64,000 bases of DNA from Amoebidium appalachense (Eukaryota > Protista > Ichthyosporea). The number at the start of each line of letters is the position of its first letter. Position 1 is the stretch's first letter. Of this stretch, positions 36,421-48,118 are shown in pieces. The position numbers were made by a program, and so were the translations under genes. The notes under the pieces were generated by a model, which saw nothing but the letters and a program-made list of their open reading frames with translations, was not told the origin of the DNA and did not search any database. The stretch lies in the NCBI GenBank assembly GCA_963693365.1, contig CAVNZM010000003.1:6207448-6271447 (forward strand). The letters run 5' to 3'.

Positions 36421-37299
36421 TCCCGTCGAAAGTTAACCCGACCAGCTCTTAAAAATAAATTTGTGTTTGGGACAAGGATGTGTATGCATGTGTGGTGCAG
36501 ATAGGCATATGCTTTTGAAAAGACTCACCTTAAAGTTTCGGTAATATAGTCCCTGTCCTCACAGAGCCTCATCTTTCCCAGAAGACGCAGAAGGTTCTGT
36601 CTGCCAGTTTTTTCCTTCATGCCAAACAGCAGCGCCTGCACCTTGGTGCCGCTCAGCTCCCTGTCCACGGCAAGCATGTCGATGGACTCGCGCAGGTCGA
36701 AGTAGAGCGCAAACTCGCCCAGCAGCGCCAGCTTCTCGGGCCCCAGCAGCGCAGACAGCACGTTGGGGGTGCCGGCGGGGGCCGGGGCAGGCGCGGGGGC
36801 GGGGCTGGTGCTGGCCATGGTGGTGCTGCGGCGGCCAATGGGGAATTAGTTCGTGCAAAGTAATTAATTCCCATTGGATGGCGGGTGCGCACGCGCACAC
36901 ACGTACACACACACGTACACACACACGTACACACACACGTACACACACGTACACACACCATGCTACCCAGACCAAACACAACTGATGTATACACCAAAAA
37001 CCACCAATTCACACAGGGTTCACCACCTCTGAAATGCCTCAAGTAGCAGAAACGAGAGAAGAGAGATTGTACAGTGAGACTGTGACAGACTGTTGTGTGC
37101 CATGGCTTTTTATACCTGCTTGGCTTGCTTGGTCGTTTGTATCCCAAACCACAACCAATCGAATCTATGGTGGCTAGGACATGCACTGGCTAACGACGGC
37201 TTCCGATTGGCTGTGTACAACCAATCGAATCTATGGTGGACAGGACATGCACTGGCTAATGATTGGCTGTGGTTTTTGGCACCAAAAGCCACACTTAGA

Positions 37300-39025
37300 T
37301 CTAGCTACAGCTCCACCCAAACTTAAAAAATCATAACTCCGCAACCGGTAGACATTTTTTAGTTCTGAAAACTGTTCCTGAGAGGGCTCGACAAGCACTC
37401 TGCATCGGTGTAAAAATTGTTGTGGTCCGACACAAAGTGATGGAGCGGTTTTTGACGGCAGACCGACATGGTCCTGAGCCACTTGACTGTCCAGCTGTAA
37501 CTTGTACTGTATGAATTTTGGTGGATTTGGAGGAGGGTAAGGAAAGCCACTCTATCACATAATATCCTTCCACATTAAGCAAACAGGTATTTACACTCCT
37601 CGAAATCCAACACACACACAGGTATAGTACAGTTTGGTGCCTCCTGACCTGCATGGTGGCTTACAGTAGTACTCACAGTCGGACACTCGCATACACCACA
37701 TCGTTCGCTGCCCTTGGGGCATGTCGGTCTGTGCAGCATCTGGTAGTACGTCTCAAGCCGGTGCCAGAGCTTTTTTCAGATTGAAAATATCTTTACTGGG
37801 AGCCGAAATATGCCAACTACAAGGGAGGGGGGAGGGGGGGGGGGAAGCCGGCTTCTGATTGGCTGTGGTTTGGCGCCAAAATTCCACAGCCTTGGATCAG
37901 GTTACAGATAAATCAAAACTTCAAAAAATCATAACTCCGCAACCGGTAGACATTTTTTAGTTCTGAAAACTGTTCCTGAGAGGGCTCGATGAGCGCTTTG
38001 CATCGGTGTAAAAACTGTTGTGATCCGACACAAAGTGATGGAGCGACCTTTGCCGGCCGACCGACGTGGTCCTGAGCCACTTGACTTGTGCAGCTGTAAC
38101 CTGTACTGTATGAATGTTTGGGGGATTTGGAGGAGGGTAAGAAAAGCCACTCTATCACATAATAACCTTCCGCATTAAGCAAACAGGTATTTACACTCCT
38201 CGAAATCCAACACACACACATGTATATCCTTGAACTGCATGATATGATGGCTTACAGTAGTACACCTAGTCGGACACCGGCATCCACCATATCGTCCGCT
38301 GCCGTTGGGGTGTGTCGATCTATGCATAGTTGGACAGTACGTCTCGGGCCGGTGCCAGAGCTTTTTTCAGACTGAAAATAGCTTTACTGGGAGCCGAGTT
38401 ATGCCAACTATAAGGGAGGGGGGGGAGGGGGGGGGAGGGGGGATGCCGGCTTTTGATTGGCTGTGGTTTGGCGCCAAAATGCCACAGCCTTGGATCAAGC
38501 TACAGCTACATCAAAACTTCAAGAATTCATAACTCCGCAACCGGTAGACATTTTTTAGTTCTGAAAACTGTTCCGGAAAGGGCTCGACGAGCGCTCTGCA
38601 TCGATGATAAAGGTATTGTGGTCCGACACAAACTGATGGAGCGACCTTTGCCGGCCGACCGACGTGGTCCTGAGCCACTTGACTTGTGCAGCTGTAACCT
38701 GTACTGTATGAATGTTTGGGGGATTTGGAGGAGGGTAAGAAAAGCCACTCTATCACATACTATCCTTCCGCATTAAGCAAACAGGTATTTACACTCCTCG
38801 AAATCCAACACACACACAGGTATAGTACAGTTTGGTGCATCCTTGAACTGCATGCATATGATGGCTTACGGTAGTACACATAGTCGGACACCGGCATCCA
38901 CCATATCGTCCGCTGCCATTTGGGTGTGTCGATCTATGCATAGTTGGACAGTACGTCTCTAGCCGGTGCCAGAGCTTTTTTCAGACTGAAAATATCTTTA
39001 CTGGGAGCCGAGTTATGCCAACTAT
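37300..39025. repeat. ~600-bp tandem repeat x3, with partial copies at ~40210-40470 and inverted at ~47280-47390
   Basis: Repeated aaaatcataactccgcaaccggtagac...; each unit contains a short version of the gaggagggtaa/tttacactcctc inverted module. Confidence 0.85.
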
Positions 39026-39180
39026 AAGGGAGGGGGGGGGGAGGGGGATAGGGGAGGGGGGGAAGGGGGGGGGGGAGGGGGGGAGGGGGGTATGGGGAAA
39101 AAAGGGGGGGGGGGGGGGGAGGGATGGAGGAAGGGGGGGGGGGGAGGGATGGAGGAAGGGGGGGGGGGGGGGGGGGGGGA

Positions 39181-39730
39181 ATGGTCGGTCGGTTTGGGCC
39201 CGCGAGTGGCACTCTGCAAGGGAAAGAGCGGCAAATTGCCGTGAATTACGAGTGACGTCATATTAATTTGCGGCAATTTGTCGTGAATTGTGATTGGGCG
39301 AGTGACGTCATATAAATTTGCGACAATTTGTCGTGAACTGTGATTGGGCGAGTGACGTCATTATGATGCGTGTCAGCCGACAGGGCTGTGACGACACTAG
39401 AAGTAAAGTTCAGACGCTTACCTTCATATCAACCAATATGCAGTATTCTGCAGGTACATAGCCGGGCACTCCACCGCGCCCCCTGAACATAGCCCTTACA
39501 AACTCATTGTAGTTGCTGTACCCCAGCAGGCGGTACACGGCGCGCCCAGAAATGGTCTCCTTGCTGTCGAGCAGAAAGGGGTCGAGGAAGCGAAGAATCT
39601 TGACCACCACATCGCCCCCCACAGAACCAAGCAGCTGCTCGAGCTCGGGGGAGATGGCAGGGAAGCCGGACTCGCGGGCACCGGCAATGCCCAGGCGCTC
39701 GTAGATGGAGAATGATGCAGGGGAAGACAT
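39181..39730 (-). pseudogene. AntA/MSV199-like paralog B, truncated
   Basis: MSSPASFSIYERLG...ISGRAVYRLLGYSNYNEFVRAM; intron 39421-39214; exon 2 SATRGPKPTDH ends in a C-rich tract. Confidence 0.7.
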
Positions 39731-39808
39731 GGTCGAGGTTTGGGTCGGTTCAGCGCTGCACACAGAAGAATGAGACATAAGAGATTGCTCATCTCCTCAC
39801 ACACATCT

Positions 39809-39874
<66 letters not shown>

Positions 39875-40044
39875 GCACGCACACACACGTGCACACACAC
39901 GTACACACACACGTACACACACACACACACGTACACACACACACGTACACACACAAGTACCGTCCTGTCCGCCCACAGCCAATCATTATTTTGCATCCCC
40001 AAACATGCAAATTCCCAGCCAATCATTAAATTATAAAACTTGTC

Positions 40045-40215
40045 TCTGATTGGGCAGGCAATTAACATCAACCAATAGAAAGCTTGCAAGTCGCGGCCAG
40101 CAAGCTTTTGATTGGGCAGGCAATTACCATCAACCAATAGAAAGCTGGTAAGTCGCGACCAGCCAGCTTTTGGTTGGGCAGGCAATTAGCATCAACCAAT
40201 AGAAAGCTGGTACCG
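40045..40215. promoter_or_regulatory. 62-bp tandem repeat with paired CCAAT boxes upstream of paralog B
   Basis: ttgggcaggcaatta.catcaaccaatagaaagct x3. Confidence 0.55.
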
Positions 40216-40900
40216 ACGTGGTCCTGAGCCACTTGACTGTGCACAGCTGTAACCTGTACTGTATGAATATTTGGTGGATTTGGAGGAGGGTAAGGAAAGC
40301 CACTCTATCACATAATATCCTTCCACATTAAGCAAACAGGAATTTACACACCTCGAAATCCAACACACACACAAGTATAGTACAGTTTGGTGCCTCCTGA
40401 ACTACACGATGGCCTACAGTAGTACACATAGTCGGACACCCCCATACACCACATCGTTCGTTGCCTGGGGAGGGGGGGGGGGTTCGAAATGGAGTTGGGA
40501 AAGGACAGGGGGGGGGTCAAATTAAAAAAAAAAAAGAAAAAAAAACAGACACACACATACACACACACTTTTGGCAAAATGCTTGGTAGGAGACACGGCA
40601 TTTACAATTTAACGCGAGACCAGCTAACTTCCTATTGGGTGCCTATTTTAACTACCAATCATTATTTTGTCGGTTCAAACCGACTAATTCCCTATTGGAC
40701 GGATGGGGCAAGAAGCGATAGATCCACTGAATCCACCAATCATTATTTAGTGAGTCGAAACTCACCAATTCGTCATTGGTTCCTATTTTTAGATGTAGAT
40801 GACCAAGCCCGGCCCGCCTGAGTGTGGACCAACATGGCCTCGGCCTATGAAAAGCTAGTTACCCGCGGGTAACCAGTTTCGCGTTGGACAATCCCTGCAT

Positions 40901-41260
40901 CCCAGATTTGACAAAGTCGACCCATGGCAAACGAGAGAGGGGGGGGGACTGGGCATGCCTCCAAGAGGCCCACGTGCGCGGTCGTAGGCCACGTGTGCAC
41001 GCACCTCCTTCCTTTTTGGGAAGACATACGGCCATGGCCGCAAGCCGCAACCCATACACACAGGTTGGGGGAAAATGGAGGAGGGTAAAGGGGATTGTTC
41101 TTATCACTAACATGGTCCTTCCGCATTGACCAATCCTGTACAAGTACACCTTCCAAACAGGGATGCTTCGTTCCAAATCAGAGAGTATAAGACACGTCTA
41201 CCAATCAGAAACAGTTCTCGTACTTTTTACCCCCCTCGAAACACAACACAGACACAAATA
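40901..41260. repeat. Diverged copy of the MITE-like module plus GTCGAC motif
   Basis: gatttgacaaagtcgaccc at ~40905; gagggtaaagggattgttcttatcactaa...tttaccccc. Confidence 0.65.
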
Positions 41261-41402
41261 GGTACAAGCTACGCCGCGCAGGTGGGGGGGGGGGGGGGGG
41301 CTTCGGGCCGAGAATCCAGATGTTTGCACGCTTTAATAAGTTGTCGCCGTTGTAGGGTGCCACCGGGACACCAGAAACACCCAACCAGCACACACTACAT
41401 GC

Positions 41403-42142
41403 TCACTCCGAGTCACTGTCGTGAATCAGCACAACCCCTTCTCTTTGCGCGATCTGTTGTACAGCCTGCTTGATCCCAGTCTTAATACGAGAGATACGTT
41501 CTCCAAGTCTGGCATTTTCGCCTTGCAGGTCCAGTATACGCCGTTCTCTGGCAGACACTGCCTGGCGGGCAAACACGTTCCTGACACCCATAACCCAGAC
41601 ACGAAGAGCGTTGCCCGCACCAGCCTGTGACGCCAGCGCAGCAAACACGAAGCCGTCGGCAGTGAGCAGGTGGTCTGAAGCAGGGCGGCCAGTTGTACCA
41701 GGCTGCGGGGTGTGTGTTTCGTCAACATAAACACACACAGAGAGAGAGAGGAGGAAGGGGGGGGAGGGGGGGGGTCTACTAGACACAGCTACACACACAA
41801 GGTTTCCAACCACAACTCAGCAGGACAGATACACACCTCTGACAACTGTGAAACTTGATACTCCGAGTCCGGCACAAAGCCAGGCATGCCGTTGCGGCCC
41901 TTGAACATTGAACGCACAAAATCAAAGTAGTTGGTGTAGCCAAACAGCTGGTAAACACTGCGCCCCGAGATGGTGTCAGGTCTGTCAACCGCAAACGGAT
42001 CTAGAAGATGGATCAACTTGTGCACGGTGCCGCCCTCGAGTGCGTCCAGCCGCAGCTCAAGCTCGGCAGGGATTGGGGGAAAGCCCGCGTCCTTGGCACC
42101 GGTTATGCCCAAGCGCTCGTAGATGGCATAGGGGCCGGCCAT
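41403..42142 (-). CDS. AntA/MSV199-like paralog C (short form, apparently intact)
   Basis: MAGPYAIYERLG...ISGRSVYQLFGY; intron 41836-41703; GRPASDHLLTADGF matches the AntA GRP..DY.LT.D pattern; short coiled coil. Confidence 0.8.
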
Positions 42143-42271
42143 TGCTGTGGAATATGCAAAGTGGCAAACGATAAGCACCTTTTTTGTTTTTTTTTTTGGG
42201 GGGGGGGGGGCACACGTATACATACACTGTGGCACACCCAGAGAGACACAGGCACACACATACCCGTGCGC

Positions 42272-43225
42272 ACACACAACCACCGTACAGCAAACACAAC
42301 TCTCTCCCCCTCCATTGTGCCCCAGCTAGCCCCTACGTGCACGAAAAGCACCCCCTCCCTCCCCACCCCACCCACGCAACCACCGTACAGCAAACACAAC
42401 TCTCTCCCCCCTCCATTGTTCCCCAGCTAGCCCCTACGTGCACGAAAAGCACTCCCTCCCTCCCCACCCCACCCACACAACCACCGTACAACAAACACAA
42501 CTCTCTCCCCCTTCCATTGTGCCCCAGCCAGCCCCTACGTGCACGAAAAGCACCCCCTCCCTCCCCACCCCACCCACGCAACCACCGTACAGCAAACACA
42601 ACTCTCTCCCCCTCCATTGTGCCCCAGCCAGCCCCTACGTTACAAAAGCACTCCCTCCCTCCCCACCCCACCCACACAACCACCGTACAGCAAACACAAC
42701 TCTCTCCCCCCTCCATTGTGCCCCAGCTAGCCTCTACGTGCACGAAAAGCACTCCCTCCCTCCCCACCCCACCCACACAACCACCGTACAACAAACACAA
42801 CTCTCTCCCCCTTCCATTGTGCCCCAGCCAGCCCCTACGTGCACGAAAAGCACCCCCTCCCTCCCCACCCCACCCACGCAACCACCGTACAGCAAACACA
42901 ACTCTCTCCCCCTCCATTGTGCCCCAGCCAGCCCCTACGTTACAAAAGCACTCCCTCCCTCCCCACCCCACCCACACAACCACCGTACAGCAAACACAAC
43001 TCTCTCCCCCCTCCATTGTGCCCCAGCTAGCCCCTACGTGCACGAAAAGCACTCCCTCCCTCCCCACCCCACCCACACAACCACCGTACAACAAACACAA
43101 CTCTCTCCCCATTCCATTGTGCCCCAGCCAGCCCCTACGTGCACGAAAAGCACCCCCTCCCTCCCCACCCCACCCACGCAACCACCGTACAGCAAACACA
43201 ACTCTTTCCCCCTTCCATCATGCCC
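42272..43225. repeat. ~100-bp tandem satellite with a 300-bp higher-order period
   Basis: About 9-10 units of caaccaccgtacagcaaacacaactctctcccc...; lines repeat exactly at 300 bp. Confidence 0.92.
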
Positions 43226-43400
43226 CACCTCCTTTTTTCAAGGACTCTCTTTCTTTCTTTCCCTCCATCTCTTTCTCTGCCAGGCATGCACCACACTCTT
43301 TGTCTCTCTCACCCTTCTCCCTTTGCGAGAATCTAAGTATTCTCTCTCTCTTTCTCTTAAGACACTGGCACACGATACAACACACATACACACACGATGC

Positions 43401-43438
<38 letters not shown>

Positions 43439-44368
43439 ACACACACACACACACACCTTCCAGAGCAAGCCAAACACGGTCTCTCTTTCCACAACCAAAG
43501 CTCGGTTTGCACACCACACCAGCTTGCAACACACGTCGGACTCAGGATCTCTCAGAATCAAACTCAGGCACGATTCTAGATGGCAACAGCTCACAACACT
43601 TTAAAAATTAAAGTACGATGCCATTGGCTGAAACTTCCATTCTGTCGGCACACACACAGCCTTACTCGGTTGACCAAATGGCACAAAAATTGCAGTTCAA
43701 GTAGAAAAATTTGTCTATACTACACTCCTTTTTTCAGAATCAAAAAATATCGGTTTTAAGAGAAGTTACGCTCCACAAAGTTGGAAGTCTCCTCTCTATA
43801 CTTCCACTTCAAGTTGTAACCGAAGTTAGGAAATGGGGATATGGGATAGAAACAGGGAAGGTGAAGTGGGGGTGGGGGGGGGGGAGAATAAGGCAAGGTG
43901 AGGAGGGGGGGGGGGGGTGGATAGGGGAAAGAATGGGGTAGGGGAGGTGAAGTTGGGGGGGGGATAACACGGGTAGGTGAGGGGGGGGGGGGGGGGGGAG
44001 AATGAGGTAGGTGAGGGGGGGATAGGGAAAAGGGGTAAGGGGGGAGGGGGAGGGGGGATAGGGAAAAGGGGGAGAGGGGGGGGGGGTAGGGGAAAGAATG
44101 AGGTAGGTGAGAGGGGGGGGGAGTATAGAAAAAAAAGGGGGGGGGGGGGGGGGGGGAAGGGAAAAGTAGGGGGGGGGGGGATGAGGTAGGTGGGGGATAG
44201 GGAAAATGGGTAGGGGGGGGGAGAGAATGAGGTGGGGGGGGGGGGGGTAAAGTCGAATCCGGACCGGAAGAAGTGTTTTCAAGTTCAGGCTCTTTATATC
44301 GCTGAGTTAGAGTGCCACCAGGGCACCAGAGATACACTGTGACCAGCACACAAGTGCACACAAGCAGT

Positions 44369-46145
44369 TCACTCACTCTCACTCTCATCGGATATCACCA
44401 CAACGTTCACCGAGACCCCGCCATCACACCGGGGCTCGGTGGTGGCCTTGCGCTTGCGCCCTAGTTTGCCGCGCTGCACGTACACATCAAGCTGGGTCTG
44501 GCCCCGCAGCTGCTCGTCGCGGTCGGCGAGCGGGTCGTCGAGTTGCACGGTCTTGGCGGCGGGCAGCGGGTGCATGCCGGGGAAGGCCTCGAGCATGCTG
44601 TCGATCCACGTGCCAATCTCCATGGGCACCGACTGCTCCTTGGGGACCACGCCGCCGTCGAGGGTGGTCTGGAGAAGCTGTTTCTTGCAGTAGTCGACAT
44701 ACCAGTCGGCATACCTCACGGCGAAGGTGAAAAGCTGCTCGGTGGTCATGTCGGTGGAGTAGGCAGGCTCCACGCCGGTCCAACGGCGGATACACTCCTT
44801 CATGGCACGCTGCAGGCCGGTGGTGGCCACGATGTTGGAGACCTCGGCAGCCGGGAACATCACGCACACGTTGGTGGTGCCCATAATCATGTCCGTGTAC
44901 ACGTTGGCGCAGCGCACACCGGCGGCATACAGCGTGTCCACAAACAGGTAGGCGGAGGCACGGGTGAGGCGCTTGAAGTCCTTGTTTTCGCGGTAGTTGC
45001 CGTCCACGGTCTTGGGCATGTGGGTGTCCAGCGTGAGCGGGTCGCGCTTCACACGGGCCACGGCAGCGGCCAGGGAGTCGAGTGCGCCGGTGTAGGCCTC
45101 CTCGGCCTCCCCCTTGGCTCTGACGGCAGCGTCGCGCTCGGCGGCAGCGGCGGCAATCTCGGCGGCAGCGGCGGCGGCATGGGCCTCGGCAGCGGCCATG
45201 GAGGCACGCAGGGCAGCAACGGCCTCCTTGTTATGGTTGGCAGCCAGACGCGCAAACGCGTTCTTCACGCCAATGGCCCAAGACCGCACGGTGGCACCCA
45301 ATATGGTGTCAGAGGCCATCGCAGCAATAAGGAAGCCGTCGGCAGTCAGCAGGTGGTCAGTAGGTTTGGTACCACGGTTGGCAGTCTGGGGGGGGGGGGG
45401 GGGGGGGGGGTTAGCAACACAGACACATTGGCCGAGCTGAAGAAACACGATGACGTCACATAGCCAATCAAAAAACTTCAGCCCAAAAGCTGAAGTTTTG
45501 CAATGACGTCACATAGCCAATCAAAAAACTTCAGCCCAAAAGCTGAAGTTTTGCGATGACGTCACATAGCCAATCAAAAAACTTCAGCCCGTAGGGCTGA
45601 AGTTTCGATGACGTCACATAGCCAATCAAAAAACTTCAGCCCATAAGCTAAGAAGTGATGACGTCACATAGCCAATCAAAAAACTTCAGCCCATAAGCTA
45701 AGAAGTGATGACGTCACATAGCCAACCAAAATACACGGGCTGAAGAAAAGTGAAGACGTCACAACGACCAATCAAAACTTCAAACTCTAATAGACGGCCA
45801 ATTCGTTATGTATAAAACACTTGGTTCTCAGACAACCACGGGACACCAACCTCCATCTGCACGACTTGATATTCAGCTAGAGGAACAACACCCGGCTTGC
45901 CACTGCGGCCCCTGAACATGGCACGCACAAACTCGCTGTAGCTGCCATAGCCAAGCAGTTGGTAAACACCACGCCCCGGGATGGTCTCCTTGCTGTCGAC
46001 CATCAATGGGTCGAGAAGGCGAAGCACCTTCACCACCAGATAGGGCACACAGCTGCACCTCCAGCTCGGGGGGAATGGAGGGGAAGCCCGAGTCACGGGC
46101 ATTGGCCATGCCCACCCGTTCGTAGATGGCCTAGGAGGAGTCCAT
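44369..46145 (-). pseudogene. AntA/MSV199-like paralog D (long form; TAG and frameshift in exon 1)
   Basis: MDSS*AIYERVG...TIPGRGVYQLLGY; intron 45850-45386; long exon TANRGTKPTDHLLTADGF...; C-terminal domain homologous to paralog A. Confidence 0.8.
45449..45780. repeat. Intronic ~50-55-bp tandem array of TGACGTCA, CCAAT and palindrome
   Basis: atgacgtcacatagccaatcaaaaaacttcagccc...gctgaagttt, about 6 units. Confidence 0.9.
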
Positions 46146-46278
46146 TTTGCTGCAGATGGAGACAGGGTCAATAAAAGCATCTCTTTGTCGTACACATCTC
46201 CACACACACACACACACACATACACACACACACACCTCCACACACACACACACAAACATCTCCACACACACACACACC

Positions 46279-46334
<56 letters not shown>

Positions 46335-46349
46335 ATAATACACACATCT

Positions 46350-46383
<34 letters not shown>

Positions 46384-48118
46384 CTCCACACACACACAAC
46401 AGAGACTCTAGCTGGCAGGTGTTTGCCTACCAGAGGCCTACAAATCTCCACACCCGTAAACACATGCACATACACTATAGTATACACACATTGTGTAGTC
46501 ACAGTGCAAAGCCAGAGACTAGAACGTTTGAGAGTGTTGGGGCAGGGACTCGGCTGACAACGGCCAGGGCATCTAGACACAGATAGCTCATACACGTGCA
46601 CACCACACCCACCTCTTGGATGCAGAGAGTAGTCTGAAAAAGAGAGAGAGAGAGAGAGAAAACAGCTGCTAGCACCGATGGCCTTGAAAGCAACTGTGCT
46701 GTTGCTCTGTGTCAGAGCCACTTTTATAGCTCACAACCTTCCGAATTTGGCCACCTTCGTAGCACCTCTGAATGGCCAACTCTGCACCTGCATTTTCAAG
46801 CACGAGTTTAGTGTGGCAGGGTGCTGGATTCGGACGGCCGTATCTCGGGCCCCAGTGAAGCTTTTTCGATTCTGAAAAAAGATAAATGAAGCCCTTGGCG
46901 CAGGCTTCCACATGCAATAAAACTTTTGAGTCTCCGAAACCTGTGTGGGCGTGCGCGTACTCTACAAGATCGACATCCAACACAGCTTATACTCTGCTAA
47001 AATGCCACGGGCCAATTTCATTGGTCGGGACAGCACCGGACCGATCTGCGCTCTGATTGGCCGGATAAAAAGAGCAGCTAATTAGCAAGGAATGTGGTGT
47101 CAAATATTCAAAAATCTGTATCTTTTGACAGAGTCGTTATTTTTCAAATCCAAAAACAGTTCTGAATTCAGAATAATTTTTTCTTCTAGTTGGTCAATAA
47201 ATTGGCGTGCGCCGAAATTTCCGAAGCAGTATCAAAAATCGTCCCTGGTCATCTACATACTGGCATATAGCTGTTGGTGGGAAAATATAGAGGAGGTGTA
47301 AATACCTGTTTGCTCAATGTGGAAATCCATTATGTGGAGGATTAGGATATTTTACCCCCTTCGGATTTCTCACAAACTTCAGATAACAGATGTTTGGGCT
47401 CGTTTGAGGTGAACAACAAAAAGTATAACTCTTGACAGAGTCGTTAGTTTCCGATATCAAAAAAAGATACGAGCAAAAACTAGTTTCCGCTTTTCATTTT
47501 TATATTTAAATTGGCTGTGGAAGAGAGCACGGGCATGGATTTGAGAACCAGATTGATTTAACATCAACATCCCACCCAAATACGAGAGGGTGTATTTCAA
47601 AGTCAAGCACGGCAGACGCCCACACAGGGCCATGTGGTCCATCTTCAAGGCTCTCGGCTTCCGGTGCTCTCGCATCCTTTGTCTGTCCTTCATTGGATAC
47701 GATGTGCTGGAAATAGCAGTACGGGGCGACTATAACCGTGCGTTCATCCGTGACGCGACAAAGGGGTGTGGAAGCTTCTTCACCCACCTCCCAAGCTACG
47801 ACCCATGCGCGCCGGAAAACATTCAGAAAGCAGACAAAGAACGTAAAGTGTCTGCTAAGAATGCGTGCGCCACACGTTGTCGTGTACGCATCAGCAAGGC
47901 AAAAGAGTTCCTCGCAATGTTGGAAAACGATGCTACGAGCGTGATAGACACGGACACGAAGGAACCAATGTTTTCTGGTGAGAAACTGCTCGAGCGCAAA
48001 CGCCGATGCGAGATGGAAATCGAGCTCTTCTGCGAACTGTTCGCGCTGGCGGAAGGTCGTGCATACGACCCCGTAAGCGACAAGTGGGAACCAACCCCAC
48101 AGGTGTCGGACCAAACCG

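Larger units (their letters stand above)
31001..36818 (-). pseudogene. AntA/MSV199-like DNA-binding protein, paralog A, disrupted by an LTR element
   Basis: Exon 36818-36529, intron 36528-35612, exon with KEVYLTPKTFKSLVMAAETDAGAAVREYYLRLE; removing 31621-35250 plus one TSD restores GLTRAFPYWW; C-terminal domain aligns with paralog D. Confidence 0.8.

Noticed and set aside
45449-45780. CRISPR-like array (also 7989-8196 and 27318-28530)
   Set aside because: The spacers are near-identical or low-complexity, there are no cas genes, and the context is eukaryotic and largely intronic.
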